Below, piece after piece: positions 7,564-10,815 of a stretch of DNA of 10,815 nucleotides. Numbering within the stretch: position 1 is the stretch's first letter; each line of letters starts with the position of its first letter. The position numbers were made by a program, and so were the translations under genes. The notes below the pieces were generated by a model, which did no database searches, had not been told where the DNA came from, and was given only the letters and a program-made list of their open reading frames with translations. Source of the stretch: an uncultured Ardenticatenaceae bacterium (lineage in GTDB: Bacteria > Chloroflexota > Anaerolineae > Promineifilales > Promineifilaceae); NCBI GenBank assembly GCA_964585465.1, contig CAZPEJ010000116.1:1-10815 (forward strand), in the 5' to 3' direction.

Positions 7564-7572
7564 TGGTATACT
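7564..7572 (+). promoter_or_regulatory. Candidate extended -10 element TGgTATACT on the plus strand, ~185 nt upstream of the L,D-transpeptidase start
   Basis: Sequence ctcaTGgTATACTgtt. This is the same TGnTATACT pattern seen at 5302-5310 on the minus strand. Confidence 0.2.
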
Positions 7573-7754
7573 GTTTGCGTCCCTAACAAACCGTATAAGT
7601 TTTACCCCATGTAAAACCACGATGAGCATCTTAAAAGAGTGTTCATCCGTTGTCAAGATATACGTCAGGTTATCCAAAAAGTTGTTGGTAGCGATAGGAA
7701 AAGGTTTAGGAAACGTCAAGTTTGGTAAAACTTTTTCATTACAATGTGGGTGTT

Positions 7755-9380
7755 ATGAAACAGAAACAAGAAAACACACCCCCAACTTATGTATTATCTC
7801 CACACGCGGCACGGCAACTGCCACCTGCCGCCCGTTTGCCCGTTTCGGAGCAACCCACCGAAATCTGGGTGGGTGTGCCGCAGCCACCTGTGGCGGTGCG
7901 CCGCCCCTGGAAATGGATTTTGTTGGGTGGGCTGCTGCTGGGAATGGTGGCAATTTTGCTACTGCTGGCTGGTGGGGGGGCTTTGTTTTATTACAGCAAG
8001 GTAATTGTGCCTGGCACAACCTCGATGGGGGTCAGACTGGGAGGGCAGACGGTTTCTGGGGCTACCACTACGCTGCAAACGGCGTGGGAGCAGCGGATGA
8101 TTACGCTGGCGGCCGGGGGGCAGACGTGGGAGGTGACACCTGTGGAGTTAGGGATGACGCTGGATGCTCAGGCAACGGCCGATTCTGCTTACCAACAAGG
8201 ACGTTCTTTGCCCAGTTTATTGAACGGCATCCAGGCGGGTGGTTTTACGGTTCCGCCGGTGTGGATGTTTGATCCGGCCCTGGCGCAAACCCGTTTGCAG
8301 CAGTTGGCTCCTACTTTGCAAGTGGTGGCGGTGAATGCGGGGTTACAATTGGTGAACGGCCGTATTGAACCCACACCTGCTATCCCAGGGCAACAGTTAG
8401 ACGTATCAGCCACACTGGTTTATTTGCAACAGCAGGCCGCCGAGGTGATGGGAAACGGCCGTTTAGACCTGGTGACAACACCGGTGCAACCAGAAATTAG
8501 CGATATGAGCGCGGCGGCAGCCCAGGCCAACCAACTGCTGGCTACCCCGCTGGTGGTGCGAGCCTATGACCCCATCCTGGACGAAACCAGTTCTTGGGAA
8601 ATTGCCCCGCAGGAGTGGGTTTCCTGGCTCAAATTAACCATAGACCCGGCCACCAACCAGCTCACTTTAACCACTCACGAGGCGCAAATTGCGGGTTATC
8701 TGGAGAATTGGGCAACCCAGGCAGGCAATGGACGTTATTTTAAGCAAGCAGAGGCCGTAACGGCCGTTTCCCAGGCCATTGATCAAAAGACGTTTCGTGC
8801 CAGTTTGCGGGTTTATTACCAGGACACCACCCACATTGTGCAGGCGGGCGAAACCCTTTCCAGCATCGGCCGGGACTACGGCATCCCCTACCCCTGGATT
8901 CAACAAGCCAATCCTGGCATAGAGGCACTCAGCGTGGGGCAGCCCATTACCATCCCCTCTCCCGACACCATGCTGCCCCTGCCGGTGGTGGAGAACAAAC
9001 GTATTGTGGTCAGCATCAGCGAACAGCATGTGTGGGTGTATGAAAACGGCAGCTTAAAATGGGATTGGGTAGGCAGCACCGGCATTGATTCTAGCCCCAC
9101 CTCCCCCGGCGTTTTCCAAATTCGCTCCCACGAAGAAAATGCGTATGCTGGCAATTGGGATTTGTGGATGCCCTGGTTTTTGGGGATTTACCAGCCTGTT
9201 CCTACTTCGGAATTTATGAACGGTTTTCACGGTTTCCCCACCCGCAGCGGCTCACAACTGCTGTGGACAGGCGACTTGGGGCACAAAGTGACCTATGGCT
9301 GCATTTTGGTCAGCTCCGAGAATGCTGAACAGTTGTATGAGTGGGCGGAAGAAGGGGTGGTGGTGGAAGTTCGGCCGTAA
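7755..9380 (+). CDS. Membrane-anchored L,D-transpeptidase (YkuD domain) with putative peptidoglycan-binding (PG_binding_4 / VanW-like) repeats and a LysM domain
   Basis: The ORF track opens at TTG 7722; the first ATG is at 7755 (MKQKQENT...). Pro-rich cytoplasmic N-terminus, then TM WKWILLGGLLLGMVAILLLLAGGGALFYY. LysM-like HIVQAGETLSSIGRDYGIPYPWIQQANPGIEALSVGQPITIP. C-terminal YkuD-like RIVVSISEQHVWVYENGSLKW...FHGFPTRSGS...GHKVTYGCILVSSENAEQLYEW with a catalytic Cys in a GC motif. Confidence 0.85.
   Translation: MKQKQENTPPTYVLSPHAARQLPPAARLPVSEQPTEIWVGVPQPPVAVRRPWKWILLGGLLLGMVAILLLLAGGGALFYYSKVIVPGTTSMGVRLGGQTVSGATTTLQTAWEQRMITLAAGGQTWEVTPVELGMTLDAQATADSAYQQGRSLPSLLNGIQAGGFTVPPVWMFDPALAQTRLQQLAPTLQVVAVNAGLQLVNGRIEPTPAIPGQQLDVSATLVYLQQQAAEVMGNGRLDLVTTPVQPEISDMSAAAAQANQLLATPLVVRAYDPILDETSSWEIAPQEWVSWLKLTIDPATNQLTLTTHEAQIAGYLENWATQAGNGRYFKQAEAVTAVSQAIDQKTFRASLRVYYQDTTHIVQAGETLSSIGRDYGIPYPWIQQANPGIEALSVGQPITIPSPDTMLPLPVVENKRIVVSISEQHVWVYENGSLKWDWVGSTGIDSSPTSPGVFQIRSHEENAYAGNWDLWMPWFLGIYQPVPTSEFMNGFHGFPTRSGSQLLWTGDLGHKVTYGCILVSSENAEQLYEWAEEGVVVEVRP
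7974..7980. repeat. G7 homopolymer inside the L,D-transpeptidase CDS
   Basis: Read directly: ggtggggggg. It encodes AGGGA in the TM anchor region. Confidence 0.9.
8444..8453. repeat. Perfect copy of iterated palindrome AACGGCCGTT
   Basis: Read directly. In the transpeptidase CDS (encodes G-N-G-R-L). Confidence 0.9.
8749..8758. repeat. Perfect copy of iterated palindrome AACGGCCGTT (preceded by a partial GGCCGT copy)
   Basis: Read directly: gaGGCCGTAACGGCCGTTtcc. In the transpeptidase CDS (A-V-T-A-V-S). Confidence 0.9.
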
Positions 9381-9400
9381 TAGCCTAAACCCTGACCTGG

Positions 9401-9430
9401 GAGATTAGAGATTGACCAATCTCTAATCTC
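9401..9430 (+). terminator. Perfect 13-bp inverted repeat hairpin (GAGATTAGAGATT-gacc-AATCTCTAATCTC) 21 bp after the transpeptidase stop
   Basis: Read directly. The stem is AT-rich and perfect, with the 4-nt loop GACC. It is followed by AATAAAATTG, which is A-rich rather than a U tract, so intrinsic-terminator function is uncertain. Loop plus stem contain TTGACC (9412-9417), and TAAAAT follows 15 nt later, so it could equally be an operator/promoter element for the downstream DUF58 operon. Confidence 0.35.
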
Positions 9431-9568
9431 AATAAAATTGCCAGTTTATGCCCTCTGTAAGTATCATCTCTGCAAATTCCTCTGTTTACCTACTTCTTTC
9501 CATGAAAATCTGTTAAATTTGTGAAAACCTGCGTCCTATTGATGAACGCAAGTAAGGAAATTCCTTAA

Positions 9569-9679
9569 ATGGCAGGAACCGGTATGTTAGCTTTATTGAT
9601 TGTTATTTGTGGCGGTGTGGTGGTGGTAGGAACGGCCGTTGCTGTTATCTACTTTGTGATGCGGGATCGGGAAAAGTAG
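9569..9679 (+). CDS. Possible small single-pass membrane peptide (36 aa), below the ORF-track size cutoff
   Basis: ATG at 9569 is preceded by AAGGAAA ~10 nt upstream. Translation MAGTGMLALLIVICGGVVVVGTAVAVIYFVMRDREK has a hydrophobic helix followed by a charged tail. The stop TAG at 9677-9679 lies 8 nt before the DUF58 start, so translational coupling is plausible. Confidence 0.4.
   Translation: MAGTGMLALLIVICGGVVVVGTAVAVIYFVMRDREK
9631..9640. repeat. Perfect copy of iterated palindrome AACGGCCGTT
   Basis: Read directly. Inside the small peptide ORF (G-T-A-V-A). Confidence 0.9.
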
Positions 9680-9686
9680 AAACTCT

Positions 9687-10815
9687 ATGACCCACAGCAC
9701 CCACGACCTTCACCTGATTGTCCGCGAGAATCAACGGGAGATGCAAAAGATCGCCCGGCAAAACTTGTTGCAGGCGGCATTCGCTGGCAAGCAGGTAGAT
9801 ATGGCGGATGTGGCGAAGGCGCGGGGGTTGGTTTTTCGGGAGCGCGAAAACAGTATTTTCAGTGATGCCTGGATACCGTTGGCTTTGCTTTTCCTGTTAG
9901 CGGCCGTTTATTATGATCGTTACCCGGCTTTGTTGGCTCTGGGGGTGGTGCTGCTGCTCATTGTGGGGGTTAGCACGGTTTGGAAAAACCTCTCCCTGGT
10001 GGGGGTAGCTTATGAACGCAGCTTCGACCGTACACGGGTTTTCCCTGGTGAGCCAGTAGAGATGACGGTTTCTGTCACCAACGACAAGTTTTTACCCCTG
10101 ACCTGGTTACAATTTAAGGACGAACTGCCCGTTTCCACCGAATCTGACAGCATTATTTCCCAAATTGCCAGTGAGATTGGCGGCCGTTTTACGCTCCAAA
10201 ACACCTTTTCTTTGCATGGGTATGAAAGAACCCATCGTAAGGTGCGGATGTTGTTTCCCAAACGAGGGTATTACAAACTGGGGCCAGTGACGTATCACTC
10301 TGGCGATATTTTTACTCTGTTTACCCTGGAACGCAGTCACCAACACCATGATACGCTGGTGGTGTATCCACAAATCTGGCCGTTGGATGAACTCACGTTG
10401 CCCGCCAAAGAGCCGTTTGGCGACATGAAGGTGTTGCGAAGCCTGTTTACAGACCCGATGAAGGTGCAAGGTATACGGGATTACCAGCCACAAGACCGTT
10501 TTCGGGATGTGCATTGGAAAGCCACCGCACGACGGGGTAACTTGCAGACGAAGGTGTATGACCCTTCGACCGGCATGACAATGGCGGTTTTTTTGAATGT
10601 GGCGACCTTTCCCAAACATTGGATGGGGTTTGACCCCGATTTATTGGAACGGGCGGTAACGGTGGCGGCTTCGATTGCCAATTATGGGTTGCAACACAAA
10701 TGGGCGGTGGGGGTTTATGCCAATGGTTCGGTACCCAATTCTGACCAGCCCATTCGAGTGGCTCCAGGGCGGTCGCCAGAACAGTTGAGCCGGGTGTTGG
10801 AGGGGTTGGCGGCGG
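9687..10815 (+). CDS. DUF58 domain protein (vWA-like, MoxR-system family), 3' end beyond window
   Basis: ATG at 9687 begins an open frame with no stop to the window end, so it is absent from the ORF track. Two predicted TM helices WIPLALLFLLAAVYY and ALLALGVVLLLIVGV. DUF58 signature GIRDYQPQDRFRDVHWKATARRGNLQTKVYDPS. The antisense ORFs 10010-10261 and 10107-10619 are spurious. Confidence 0.85.
   Translation, partial: MTHSTHDLHLIVRENQREMQKIARQNLLQAAFAGKQVDMADVAKARGLVFRERENSIFSDAWIPLALLFLLAAVYYDRYPALLALGVVLLLIVGVSTVWKNLSLVGVAYERSFDRTRVFPGEPVEMTVSVTNDKFLPLTWLQFKDELPVSTESDSIISQIASEIGGRFTLQNTFSLHGYERTHRKVRMLFPKRGYYKLGPVTYHSGDIFTLFTLERSHQHHDTLVVYPQIWPLDELTLPAKEPFGDMKVLRSLFTDPMKVQGIRDYQPQDRFRDVHWKATARRGNLQTKVYDPSTGMTMAVFLNVATFPKHWMGFDPDLLERAVTVAASIANYGLQHKWAVGVYANGSVPNSDQPIRVAPGRSPEQLSRVLEGLAA

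Noticed and set aside
7529-8272. 247-aa plus-strand ORF with a GTG start and a strong upstream purine tract
   Set aside because: The translation is low-complexity Gly/Ala/Trp-rich (GGCAAATCGGAPPLEMDFVGWAAAGNGGNFATAGWWGG...). It overlaps the well-supported transpeptidase gene in another frame, so it is an out-of-frame artefact of a GC-rich codon third position.
10010-10619. Minus-strand ORFs 10010-10261 and 10107-10619
   Set aside because: They are antisense to the DUF58 gene, which carries a clear family signature. Their translations are His/Cys/Arg-rich noise.
1-10815. Cyanobacterial HIP1 (GCGATCGC) as the explanation for the palindrome enrichment
   Set aside because: GCGATCGC does not occur in the window. 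The iterated palindrome here is ACGGCCGT-based, so it is a different motif, and the organism is probably not a HIP1-bearing cyanobacterium.

Overview
The window is a block of ordinary-looking, signal-transduction-rich and envelope-related genes at roughly 50% GC. The protein content suggests a Chloroflexi-like genome, but this is a guess. The gene order is as follows. On the minus strand: a 5'-partial-window response regulator receiver (1-327); a very large multi-sensor hybrid-topology histidine kinase (324-4256) whose stop overlaps the regulator's start (ATGA); a stand-alone coiled-coil plus GAF protein (4578-5192); and a flotillin/SPFH (band 7) family protein (5418-7232). On the plus strand: a membrane-anchored L,D-transpeptidase with peptidoglycan-binding and LysM domains (7755-9380); a possible 36-aa single-TM peptide (9569-9679); and the 5' part of a DUF58 (MoxR-system vWA-like) protein that runs off the window (9687-10815). 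No rRNA, tRNA, CRISPR, IS element or phage gene is recognisable. The most striking non-genic signals are: (i) a highly iterated 10-bp palindrome AACGGCCGTT (7 perfect copies, about 20 CGGCCG-core sites in 10.8 kb), a HIP1-like genome signature that is not the cyanobacterial GCGATCGC; (ii) a 9-10 copy heptanucleotide tandem repeat (GCTATCA/GCTATTA) 24 bp upstream of the GAF gene start; (iii) a 520-bp divergent intergenic region with direct repeats, a 7-1-7 palindrome fused to a TTGACA box, and a U-tailed hairpin; (iv) a perfect 13-bp hairpin after the transpeptidase gene; and (v) homopolymeric G8/G7 tracts inside two CDSs. I could not identify a defence island or other clearly novel multi-gene system. 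The best candidates for something undescribed are the small-peptide plus DUF58 pair without a MoxR partner, and the GAF protein / double-membrane-module kinase / regulator cluster.
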